Assembly (NCBI RefSeq): GCF_938045625.1
Contig: NZ_CALIAV010000055.1
Location: forward strand, 628-64,627
Source: an uncultured Campylobacter sp.
Lineage (GTDB): Bacteria > Campylobacterota > Campylobacteria > Campylobacterales > Campylobacteraceae
DNA: 64,000 bases
Reading direction: 5' to 3'
Part shown: positions 1 through 8,161 of the stretch, piece after piece
Layout of the letters: every line of letters starts with the position of its first letter
How positions within the stretch are numbered: the stretch's first letter is position 1
Notes under the pieces: generated by a model
Told to the model about the DNA's origin: nothing
The model's input: only the letters and a program-made list of their open reading frames with translations
Database searches by the model: none
Made by a program: the position numbers and the translations under genes

Positions 1-300
1 TTTTTCGTAAGCGCTTTCACCGAGGGTTTGAGCCACGAGCTGGCGCAGGATAAAGAGGCCAAAATGCAGGCTAAAGTTCTAGCTCCCGCCGCGACTAAAA
101 GCGAGTTTTGCGACGTAGCTTCGGGAAAGCGCGGATTTGATTACGATGCGGCGTTTTCGCAATACCACAGCAGCGAACAAACGGCAGAATTTTTGCTCAC
201 GCTTTACGATAGCGATGCATGCATCGGAGAGGTAGATTTGGCTAGCTTCGAATTTAAACTTAGCGAACCGAAATTTAATTATATAGCAGCCGCCAAATAG
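1..300 (+). CDS. SDR-family oxidoreductase, C-terminal fragment (5' end lies outside the window)
   Basis: Frame 1 is open from base 1 to the TAG at 298-300. The FVSAFTEGLSHELA segment resembles the region after the catalytic YxxxK of short-chain dehydrogenases. Confidence 0.45.
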   Translation, partial: FFVSAFTEGLSHELAQDKEAKMQAKVLAPAATKSEFCDVASGKRGFDYDAAFSQYHSSEQTAEFLLTLYDSDACIGEVDLASFEFKLSEPKFNYIAAAK

Positions 301-550
301 CGGATCGGGTGAGGCGCAAGCTCACTTATAGCTTGCACTGTTAAGTTGCTTCTTTACGTGCGAGCAGGACTTGATTAGCTTCGTAGCGACAAGCTGCGCA
401 GGCAGGCGCCTTTGAATTTTACGCATTTATAGATCGCACGACGAGCCGTGCCGTGTGGACGATACACGCGTAAAATTTAGAATAACGTAGCGCCTGAGTT
501 AAATTTGACTGCAAAGCGCGATAAAATTTATAGAAATTTAAGGAACGAAA

Positions 551-1186
551 ATGGGAAAAACGGCTTTGGTTGTGGGTGCCACGGGAGCGGTCGGACGCGA
601 GATCGTGCGCGGGCTTTGCGAGAGTCCAAGCTACGATAAAATCATCGTTTGGGCGCGCCGAGAGTTAAAATTTAGCCACGAAAAGCTAGAGACACAGATC
701 GTAAATTTTAGCGACGTAAAAAACATGCCGCCACGCGAGATAGACGAGATATTTTGCGCGCTGGGCACGACGATGAAGCAAGCCGGCAGCCGCGGGCAGT
801 TTTATAAAGTGGACGTGAGCTACCCCGTAAATATCGCAAAATGGGGTATCGCATCAGGCGCGCGCCGTTTTGTGCTCATTTCATCGCAGGGCGCGGACGA
901 GAGGTCGAGATTTTTTTATCTGCGCGCAAAGGGTAAGGCGGAAAAAAAGATCGCCGCGCTAAAATACGAGAACGTGCAAATCGCGCGGCTGCCTGCGATA
1001 AAAAGCGAGCGCGAGCAGGTGCGTATGGGCGAGCTCTTTATGGTTTGGCTGTTTGGGCTTTTGCCGAAATTTATCTTAACTAATTACCGCCCGATGAGCG
1101 CGAAAGATATCGCCGCCGCCGTTATCGCCGCGGCGCAGACGGACGCTAAGGGCGTGCAAATTTATCATCCCAGAGAGTTTATTTAG
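551..1186 (+). CDS. NAD(P)-binding Rossmann-fold protein (atypical SDR, NmrA/HTATIP2-like)
   Basis: N-terminal VVGATGAVGREIV glycine-rich dinucleotide-binding motif. 211 aa. AGGAAC Shine-Dalgarno sequence upstream of the ATG. Confidence 0.7.
   Translation: MGKTALVVGATGAVGREIVRGLCESPSYDKIIVWARRELKFSHEKLETQIVNFSDVKNMPPREIDEIFCALGTTMKQAGSRGQFYKVDVSYPVNIAKWGIASGARRFVLISSQGADERSRFFYLRAKGKAEKKIAALKYENVQIARLPAIKSEREQVRMGELFMVWLFGLLPKFILTNYRPMSAKDIAAAVIAAAQTDAKGVQIYHPREFI
1127..1170 (+). repeat. Left copy of a perfect 44-nt direct repeat, inside the 3' end of the 551..1186 gene
   Basis: gccgcggcgcagacggacgctaagggcgtgcaaatttatcatcc occurs identically at 1127-1170 and 2328-2371. Confidence 0.9.
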
Positions 1187-1502
1187 AAGCGAAAGCGTAA
1201 AGGCGATTTTGGCTTTAAGCTTTTAAAAACGCCGAAAATGCGCCTGCTATTTTAAAATAAAAAATCGGCCGAAATTTGCAAGGCGTGCGGCCTTATTTAA
1301 ATTCGGCTCTTGAGCGCGGTTTGGCTATTTGCTCGGTCGCAGCCAAAAGTTGGGTGTGTCAAAAAAGAGGCTTTTGTTTATGTTTGGCTATTTGTTTAGT
1401 CGCACTCAAACGCTGCTAGGACGGCTTTTGCCCCGCGATCCGCCTAACAGGTAGCGCGAGCCTGTACGCAGTTTTGCTTTGCTCGCGCAAAAATCAAAAC
1501 GC

Positions 1503-2225
1503 CTACTTAAAAACTATGCCGGATGCGGTAAAATCCATTTGCTCTGGTTCGACGTTTAGTAATGATTTAAAAACCAGCCTGCCTACGGCTTTTAGCTCTG
1601 CCTCGTGCGCGGGATTTGGATGCTGCTGCAACTCCTGCTGCATTGCCATTAGCAAAAACCCAAGCCCCATAGATATCTGATACGAGTTCATCATTTCCGT
1701 AGCCTTTCCCTCAAACAGCTCCGGTTTTTTGCGCAAAAACTCGGCGATCTGCAAAAATGCGGGCTTTACGGCTTCGTCCGGCATCGGATGATTAAAATAC
1801 GCCGCGTAAGCGCCTCCTAGTAGCGCCACGATGCCGGTCGCCACGTTTTCTTTGGGTATGCCGTATAGCTGCTCGACGCTGCCGTTTAGCTTATCTATGC
1901 CCTCTACTAGCAAGCGCCGCCCCTCGTCTTGCTGCGTGGCAGGAAAAAGCTGCGCTATCTGCTCTATGCCGTCCATATCCAAAAAATGATCTCCGGCTCG
2001 TACCAGCGCACCCGTATAGAGTATATCGGTCTTGATATCTTTGGCATAGGCGGAATCATCGGGCGGATTTAAATTTTTTCTTGCTTGATTCATAGCGCGG
2101 TTATACGCATCCTGCCGCAACCACTGCTCGTTAAAATCAATCGTAAAAAAAGCCTGCGCGCTACTAAAACACATCACCACTCCAAGCGCCGCCGCGCCGA
2201 CTCGAATCTTGCCTAAAATTTTCAT
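1503..2225 (-). CDS. Hypothetical exported protein (cargo of the repeat-bracketed cassette)
   Basis: 240-aa ORF with an N-terminal signal-like segment (KIRVGAAALGVVMCFSSAQA). I recognise no family. Confidence 0.5.
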   Translation of the reverse strand: MKILGKIRVGAAALGVVMCFSSAQAFFTIDFNEQWLRQDAYNRAMNQARKNLNPPDDSAYAKDIKTDILYTGALVRAGDHFLDMDGIEQIAQLFPATQQDEGRRLLVEGIDKLNGSVEQLYGIPKENVATGIVALLGGAYAAYFNHPMPDEAVKPAFLQIAEFLRKKPELFEGKATEMMNSYQISMGLGFLLMAMQQELQQHPNPAHEAELKAVGRLVFKSLLNVEPEQMDFTASGIVFK

Positions 2226-2327
2226 AAAACGCCTCCTAATACAAGTTTATGCGACGTCGCCGCATTGCCCGCATTATACCTAAAATAACGCGGCTACGAT
2301 CTTTTTTATTCTGATTGCCTCTACGCT

Positions 2328-2402
2328 GCCGCGGCGCAGACGGACGCTAAGGGCGTGCAAATTTATCATCCAAGAGATTTTGCGCAAACGTACGGCAAGT
2401 AG
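2328..2402 (+). pseudogene. Orphan duplicate of the 3' end of the 551..1186 gene (right repeat copy plus a divergent tail ending in TAG)
   Basis: It reads AAAQTDAKGVQIYHPRDFAQTYGK-stop, in the same frame as the intact gene end AAAQTDAKGVQIYHPREFI-stop. No upstream coding continuity. Confidence 0.75.
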
Positions 2403-2480
2403 TCAAATTTCGCGCTTTAGCTCAAATTTGACGCCGCTAGCAGTCTAAATTTACCGCCTACTTCGCCCGCAAAATCGGCG

Positions 2481-3152
2481 CTAAAATTTAATCCCTCGCA
2501 CGACCTGCGCGCCAAGACCAGTTTGCATATGTCGCAAAAACATCGCGTGATAAAAGTCCCCCTCGTGCCCCGGCGCGTCGTAGGTGGCGACGAGGCTTGC
2601 CGGCACTAGGACTTTGCGCCTGATGTTTGCCTCGTTTGCGCTGAGCTTTAGGTGCGAGACTAGCTGATAGACGCAAAGATCGGTGCAGTCGCCTAGCACC
2701 ACAAAGGTGTCAATCTGTGGATTTTGCGCGAGAAATGCGTTAAAATCGGTGCAGTAAGCCGTGCTCAGGGAGTTTTTGCGAAAGATTTTTATCTCGTCAA
2801 AAAACGGCAATTCGCGCAGTTGCGGTATCGTCTTTGCGCCCTCTGTACCTTTGACCGCGTGCGGAGGAAATGCGTCAAATTCCGCACAGTTTGCCTCGTG
2901 GCTATCCTCGAGTAGCACGAGATTTCTCGCACCCGCCGCGTAAGCTGCGCTAAGAGTCTGCGCTATACCGTCCGCGATCGCGCCCACTCGCGGGCTAGCT
3001 AGCGGCCCCATGCTGCAAAATCCCTCTATCATATCCACGCTGATAAATGCGGTGTTTGCCGCGTCGCCCGCTAAAAGTTCGCTAAATTTAATCTCCTTTA
3101 GCTCCTCAAACCACTTCGCCAAATCCTCTAAGATTTTCGCGTCAAATTTCAT
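2481..3152 (-). CDS. Isochorismatase-family cysteine hydrolase (nicotinamidase-like)
   Basis: 223 aa. Family-typical segments: AFISVDMIEGF, LVLLEDSHE, and VVLGDCTDLCVYQ carrying the catalytic Cys. Confidence 0.75.
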   Translation of the reverse strand: MKFDAKILEDLAKWFEELKEIKFSELLAGDAANTAFISVDMIEGFCSMGPLASPRVGAIADGIAQTLSAAYAAGARNLVLLEDSHEANCAEFDAFPPHAVKGTEGAKTIPQLRELPFFDEIKIFRKNSLSTAYCTDFNAFLAQNPQIDTFVVLGDCTDLCVYQLVSHLKLSANEANIRRKVLVPASLVATYDAPGHEGDFYHAMFLRHMQTGLGAQVVRGIKF

Positions 3153-3287
3153 TTTCTCTCCTTGTTTTGATTGTTTTTTTGTTCGTTGTTCGGCTCGCCG
3201 AAGCTAATCTCAAACCGCGAGCCGCCCTAAATTTCGCGTTCAAATTTAATCTCGCCCAAAGCGTCAAATTTCATCAAATTCACCTGC

Positions 3288-4286
3288 CTAGCCGCGCGTC
3301 TTTGCGGGCAAATTTACGCAAAAGCTCTTTGGCTCAAGCTCGATCTCGATACTGCCGCCATGCGCCTGGACGATCTGCAGGCATAGGTGCAGGCCTAGGC
3401 CGTTGCCCTTTAGTTTGCTTGTTTTAAAGGGCTCAAAGACCATGGCTTGGTTTTTGATCGGCACGCCGCTATCGGTCACGGTAAATTTATGCTCGCCCTC
3501 GCGCTGCTCGTAGTCCACGCGCACCCAGCCGTCATCGTCCTCGTTTTCCTCGACCGCATCGATAGCGTTAAACAGCATATTTTGAAACACCATCGCCAGC
3601 AAATCGCGGTCGCCCACATAGGGCAGGTCGGGGAAATTTAGGCTAAATTTGATCTCCTTGCCGTATGTGTAGCACTCTATCGCCGCTTCGCACTCGCTTT
3701 TTAGCTCGGCTAGGTTAAATTCGCGCGCGTTTATCGTTAGACCTTTGGTGAAAAGCAAGGTGGCCTTGATGATGCGCTCGACGCGCCAGATCGCCTTTTG
3801 CATCTGCTCGACGACTGGGCGCGCGCGTTCATCCGCCTTTTTTATCAGCGTGGAGGCTAGCAGCGAGATCGAGCCCACGGGATTGCGTATCTCGTGGGCT
3901 AGGTGGGCGGCGACTTGACCCATCGAGGCTAGGCGCTCGGTGCGCTTTTCGGTCGTTATGTCGGTTGCGGAGATGATTTTTTTGCCCTCTTTTTGGGCAA
4001 TTTTGATGAGGTAGATTTGCCCCGCGGCGCTTATCTCGCCTTCATTTTGCGGGATAAATTTTAAAATTTGACCCAGTTTTAGGGCTTCTGAGTTTTGTAA
4101 AAATATCTCGCCCGCCTCGTCCAAAACCCAGATCGCATTGGGCAAAATCTCCACGATATCTTTGATAAAGCCTTGCAAATTTGCATACGACGCGGTCAGA
4201 TTTTTGTACTCGCGCTCTATCAGATAGGTTTGCTCGATCAGGCTTTTTAGTCCGTCTTGGACGCTGGTTTTGTCGATCTGAGTCAT
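3288..4286 (-). CDS. flgS: Cytoplasmic sensor histidine kinase (PAS-like, HisKA, HATPase_c), FlgS-like
   Basis: H-box HLAHEIRNPVGSI, N-box NMLFNAIDA, G-box GNGLGLHL, and no TM segment. The symbol rests on remembered C. jejuni synteny (aminotransferase / hypothetical / flgS) and is uncertain. Confidence 0.7.
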   Translation of the reverse strand: MTQIDKTSVQDGLKSLIEQTYLIEREYKNLTASYANLQGFIKDIVEILPNAIWVLDEAGEIFLQNSEALKLGQILKFIPQNEGEISAAGQIYLIKIAQKEGKKIISATDITTEKRTERLASMGQVAAHLAHEIRNPVGSISLLASTLIKKADERARPVVEQMQKAIWRVERIIKATLLFTKGLTINAREFNLAELKSECEAAIECYTYGKEIKFSLNFPDLPYVGDRDLLAMVFQNMLFNAIDAVEENEDDDGWVRVDYEQREGEHKFTVTDSGVPIKNQAMVFEPFKTSKLKGNGLGLHLCLQIVQAHGGSIEIELEPKSFCVNLPAKTRG

Positions 4287-5146
4287 AAAAGCTCCTCGAA
4301 ATTTTCTAAATCAAAAAGTAAAATTCGCTCGTTTTTTAGGCGGCCGACTTCGTTGCTAAAGCCGCTTTTGGAAAATAGCGCGACGACGTCTGGCTCAAAG
4401 CCTAGTCGCTCGCATTTTTTAAGGAGTAAATTTACCACATTTTTGCAAATTTTATGCTCTTTAAATTTAGCTTCTCCAACGATGATACGTCCGTCTAGGC
4501 TCAAAAATATATCTATCTCGATATTTTTCGCCCACAAGCTCCGCACCCGTGCTGGCTCCGTGCCTAGTCTAAACGCCAAAAGTTCGCGGCAAAGCAGCTC
4601 AAAGCCAAAGCCCGCGTACGAGTCGAACTCACGTCTGATAATCTCCATCAGCGCGGCCTTTTCGCCGTTTTTTAAAAGGGCCAAATTTGGCTCGATGAAA
4701 TAAAACCAAAATCTAGTAAAATTGTCGTTAAAGACCACCTTATCCTGCGCCTTATCGCGCTCGGGCAGCTTTTTGGATTTTTGATATTTGCTTTTTACGC
4801 GCGGTTTTTCCAGTGTCTTTTCGATGCTGACTACGCCCGAATTTATCGCGGCGGCGTAAATTTTTAGGATGAGAGGGCGGGGCAAGAATTTATTTAGAGC
4901 ATATTTTTTACGGTCGTTTTTAGCAAGCTTGCAAAGGGCAAATTTAAGCTCGCTCTCAAAAGGCGCGTCAAAGCTAAATTTGAGCGACAGATCTTCAAAT
5001 TTATCTAAAATTTCCTTTTCGATCGCCTCGAAAATATCGTAATAATTCGCCTCAAATTTGAGCGCGTCAAAGACTAGATGAAAGTAAATAAGCTGCAGGA
5101 TATCAAGGTGCTTAAAGCGCGCGTAGCTTGATTTTAAGGCGTAGAT
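4283..5146 (-). CDS. DUF234-type protein (resembles the C-terminal part of archaeal-type ATPases), no canonical start codon
   Basis: The frame is open from 5146 to 4283. The first ATG/GTG/TTG is the TTG at 4885. A perfect AAGGAG lies 5 nt upstream of an in-frame ATC at 5146..5144. The stop overlaps the kinase start (ATGA). Confidence 0.55.
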   Translation of the reverse strand: MYALKSSYARFKHLDILQLIYFHLVFDALKFEANYYDIFEAIEKEILDKFEDLSLKFSFDAPFESELKFALCKLAKNDRKKYALNKFLPRPLILKIYAAAINSGVVSIEKTLEKPRVKSKYQKSKKLPERDKAQDKVVFNDNFTRFWFYFIEPNLALLKNGEKAALMEIIRREFDSYAGFGFELLCRELLAFRLGTEPARVRSLWAKNIEIDIFLSLDGRIIVGEAKFKEHKICKNVVNLLLKKCERLGFEPDVVALFSKSGFSNEVGRLKNERILLFDLENFEELL

Positions 5147-5213
5147 TTTTGCTCCTTTTTAGCCCATTTTAGCACAACTTTGGTTATAATCTCTTTTTTT
5201 ATAAGGAAAAATT

Positions 5214-6506
5214 TTGGTTAGCATCGACGAAATCAGGAAAAATATTATTTTAAAAAAGGGCGTGCGCTACTTTGACTACACAGCCTCAGGTCTAGCCTAC
5301 GCGCCAATAGAGCGCAAGATCGCAAAATACCTAAAAACCTACGCCAACACGCACTCAGAAAGCGCCTCAAACGCGCTAAAAACGCAAAAACGCTACGAAA
5401 AAGCAAGGCAGAGCCTAAAAGACGCGCTGGGGCTTGATGAGCGATTTTATCTGATCTCTGCCGGTTGCGGTGCGACGGGAGCGATAAAGAAATTTCAAGA
5501 GATCATGGGGCTTTACCTGCCGCCTATGAGCGCAAACCGCCTAGGCGAAGAGGCGGTAAAGGGTGCAAATTTACCCCTCGTCATCGTCTCGCCCTACGAG
5601 CACCACTCAAACGAGGTTAGCCTACGCGAGGGGCTGTGCGAGGTCGTGCGCATACCGCTAAGCAAGAGCGGGGAGATAAATTTCGGCAGACTCGATCAAC
5701 TGCTCAAAATCAACTCAAAGCGCGAGATCATCGGCTCTTTTAGCGCGGCGTCAAACGTCACGGGGATAATCAGCGACTACAAAAAAATCTACGTGATGAT
5801 GAAGCGATACGGCGCGACGGTGGCCTTTGACGCGGCTAGTTTTAGCTCGCACGATAACCTCGACGCCGACTATTTCGACGCGCTATTTCTCTCGCCGCAT
5901 AAGCTTTTAGGCGGCGTGGGTAGCTGCGGACTGCTCGCGATAAGAAAAGAACTCGTAAAATCAGACAAACCGACCTTCGCCGCGGGCGGGACGGTTAGCT
6001 ACGTGAGCCGTAGCTCGCATTTTTTCGCGCCTAGCATCGAGCGCACCGAGGAGGGCGGCACCCAGCACGTGATGGGGCTAATTAGAGCCTCGCTAGCATA
6101 CAGACTACGAAACGAGGTCGGCCTAGACGTCATAAAAAGCCGCGAGGATGAGCTTGCAAAGCTATTTTGCGAGGGACTGGATAAGATCCCCGAGGTCGTG
6201 AGTTACTGTCCGCGCGGAGTGCCGAGACTGCCGATTTTCGCATTTAATGTAAAAGGCGTTTCGCCTTATGATTTCGCCGAAGCGCTGAGCGAGGACTACG
6301 GCGTGCAGACCCGTGCGGGGTGCGCGTGCGCCGGTCCGTACGGACACGATCTGCTCGGGCTAAAAGACGATCAGAAATTTGATCAAAAGCCCGGTTGGGT
6401 GCGCGTGAGCCTGCACTACTCGCACACGCCAAAAGACGTCGCCTATCTGCTAAAGGCCATCAAAAAAACTATCAAAAAATTTAAAACCAAAAAGGAAAAG
6501 AAATGA
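5214..6506 (+). CDS. Class V PLP-dependent aminotransferase / cysteine desulfurase-like protein
   Basis: 430 aa. SPHKLLGG motif with the PLP lysine. TTG start. A TATAAT lies at 5185-5190. Confidence 0.8.
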   Translation: MVSIDEIRKNIILKKGVRYFDYTASGLAYAPIERKIAKYLKTYANTHSESASNALKTQKRYEKARQSLKDALGLDERFYLISAGCGATGAIKKFQEIMGLYLPPMSANRLGEEAVKGANLPLVIVSPYEHHSNEVSLREGLCEVVRIPLSKSGEINFGRLDQLLKINSKREIIGSFSAASNVTGIISDYKKIYVMMKRYGATVAFDAASFSSHDNLDADYFDALFLSPHKLLGGVGSCGLLAIRKELVKSDKPTFAAGGTVSYVSRSSHFFAPSIERTEEGGTQHVMGLIRASLAYRLRNEVGLDVIKSREDELAKLFCEGLDKIPEVVSYCPRGVPRLPIFAFNVKGVSPYDFAEALSEDYGVQTRAGCACAGPYGHDLLGLKDDQKFDQKPGWVRVSLHYSHTPKDVAYLLKAIKKTIKKFKTKKEKK

Positions 6507-7135
6507 ATAAAATTTTAGCCGCAGCCTTGTTTGCTCTTTGCGCCGTTTGCGCGCAGGCAAAGCCCTTTAGCCCCGAGCAGTACGCAAAAGTACTGCGCGA
6601 GTACAACTCCGTGGCGGGCGCGAACAACTACTTTGAAAGCGGTAAATTTAAAGAGGAATTCGAGCTTCGCAAAAAATACTGCGACGAGGGTCTAAGAGAC
6701 GCGTGCGGCGATCTGGGGCTGCTCTACGTTACGGGTCTAGGCGCGCCGCGTGATGCTAAAAGGGCTGGCGAACTACTCGAGTACGCTGCCAAAAATGACG
6801 AGTTTAAGGCCATCTCGCAGTACTACGAAGCCGCACTTGACATAGCTCGCGCGTCGGAAAAATACCCGGACGACAAGGTGGCGCAGCACCTAGGAGCCGA
6901 GTTTAAAAACTCGCTAGAGCAGTGCAAAGCCTACAAGGGCGATCGCCACGTGTGCTTCCGCGCGCTGGTGATTAGCAGCATGCTGCCAAAAGGCGAGGGC
7001 GGCCTGGGGCTATCGCAGGCTGAGTTTGCCAAGGCGTGGGAGGACATCGTCGTGAGCGACGTCGAGCGCAACGGCATGGACGACTCGAAGGTAAACTCGC
7101 TGGCAAAGGAGCTAGAAGGACTAGCGGCGCGCTAA
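6503..7135 (+). CDS. Secreted Sel1-like repeat, cysteine-rich protein (Hcp-like)
   Basis: Signal peptide ALFALCAVCAQA. CDEGLRDACGDLGLLYVTGLGAPRDAKRAGELLEYAA resembles a Sel1/Hcp repeat. ATGA overlap with the upstream gene. Confidence 0.6.
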   Translation: MNKILAAALFALCAVCAQAKPFSPEQYAKVLREYNSVAGANNYFESGKFKEEFELRKKYCDEGLRDACGDLGLLYVTGLGAPRDAKRAGELLEYAAKNDEFKAISQYYEAALDIARASEKYPDDKVAQHLGAEFKNSLEQCKAYKGDRHVCFRALVISSMLPKGEGGLGLSQAEFAKAWEDIVVSDVERNGMDDSKVNSLAKELEGLAAR

Positions 7136-7632
7136 ATTTGCGGGCTTTTGCGGCATAAATTTGCTTTTTTCGGCCAGGCGATCCGTCAAATTTGACCGTC
7201 CGCGCTTTTGTCTTTTTGCGGGCGGCTTCGCGTCTCATGTAAATTTAGATTATTCGGCTCAAATTTGACGCATCGGCGATTGCTAGGCTAAAATTTGAGT
7301 CGATTTTTTGGTAAATTTATCGAGCGGTGCATAATTTGCTTTTGCTCAAATTTGACTGCTTTTTACGGGCAAATTTGGCTCGCTTCCGGCGGCATTTTGT
7401 TTTGTCTGGCGGGCTTTACGGGTATCTTTACGGCGTAAATTTGCTAAATTCCGCTAGCGCTCAAATTAGCTCGTCAGGCTTAAAGCCTTCACTTGCGCTT
7501 TTTTGCGCGCGGTTAAATTTATGTGCCCGCGCGGGTTTTTGTCCTGCTCAAATTTGGCGTATTTTTACGCCCGGCTCAAATTTGCGCGGCGTTAATTTTT
7601 ACGAATTTACAAAAACTTTGGAGAAAAATTAG
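7134..7632. repeat. Noncoding spacer with 13 copies of the palindromic hexamer AAATTT
   Basis: Hand count of AAATTT between 7134 and 7585. The usual context is CTCAAATTTGAC/GCG. The only ORF here (7327..7632) has a non-protein-like composition. Confidence 0.85.
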
Positions 7633-8133
7633 ATGCGAGATTCGCGCGAGTTTCAGGTCTTAGCGGGCGAGGTAAAAAACGTGAGATGGAATGCGGCTAC
7701 GGACGAGTGCGTTTTTGAGATCGCGGGCGCGAAATTTAACGTTAAAAACCTCAAAGATCGCCTCGTGCCTCGCGAAAACGACCGCCTAGCTATCGCCTAT
7801 GACGAGCAAAACGAGGTTTGGAATTTTAAAAACTTAACCTCGGGCAAATGGCTCAAAAACTACGCTTGGCGCGCGCATTTTATACTATTTTGGGCGGCGA
7901 TCTTTGATATCGTTCCCGGTAAAATTTTAGGTGCGATTTTTGCGATACCTATAATTTATTTAAGCAAGTATTTGTCCGAATTTGCAGGCATGACGGCCTT
8001 GTTCGCCCTTGTTATTTGCTTATTTTTATCGCTACCCTTTTTGCACATATACTGGAGCGAAAGCAAAAGCTTAAGCGGCACGGTCGAGGCGTATCTGGCT
8101 TTGAGAAAATTTTTAAATGAGATGGATTTGTAA
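7633..8133 (+). CDS. Hypothetical membrane protein: small N-terminal soluble domain plus a TM hairpin
   Basis: 166 aa. GGAG lies upstream of the ATG. Hydrophobic segments lie at about aa 82-101 and 118-137. It is paralogous to the next gene. Confidence 0.6.
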   Translation: MRDSREFQVLAGEVKNVRWNAATDECVFEIAGAKFNVKNLKDRLVPRENDRLAIAYDEQNEVWNFKNLTSGKWLKNYAWRAHFILFWAAIFDIVPGKILGAIFAIPIIYLSKYLSEFAGMTALFALVICLFLSLPFLHIYWSESKSLSGTVEAYLALRKFLNEMDL

Positions 8134-8161
8134 AATGGCGTCAAATTCAAGGGGATTTTTG

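Noticed and set aside
301-400. Possible extra copy of the 18.4-kb repeat family (333-365 versus the reverse complement of 18474-18500).
   Set aside because: My hand alignment gives only about 70 percent identity over about 30 nt. That is too weak to distinguish from chance without a genome-wide search.
7327-7632. 101-aa ORF filling the AAATTT-dense spacer.
   Set aside because: The translation is dominated by L/F/R/G/A runs produced by the repeat units. It has no Shine-Dalgarno sequence and no recognisable domain.
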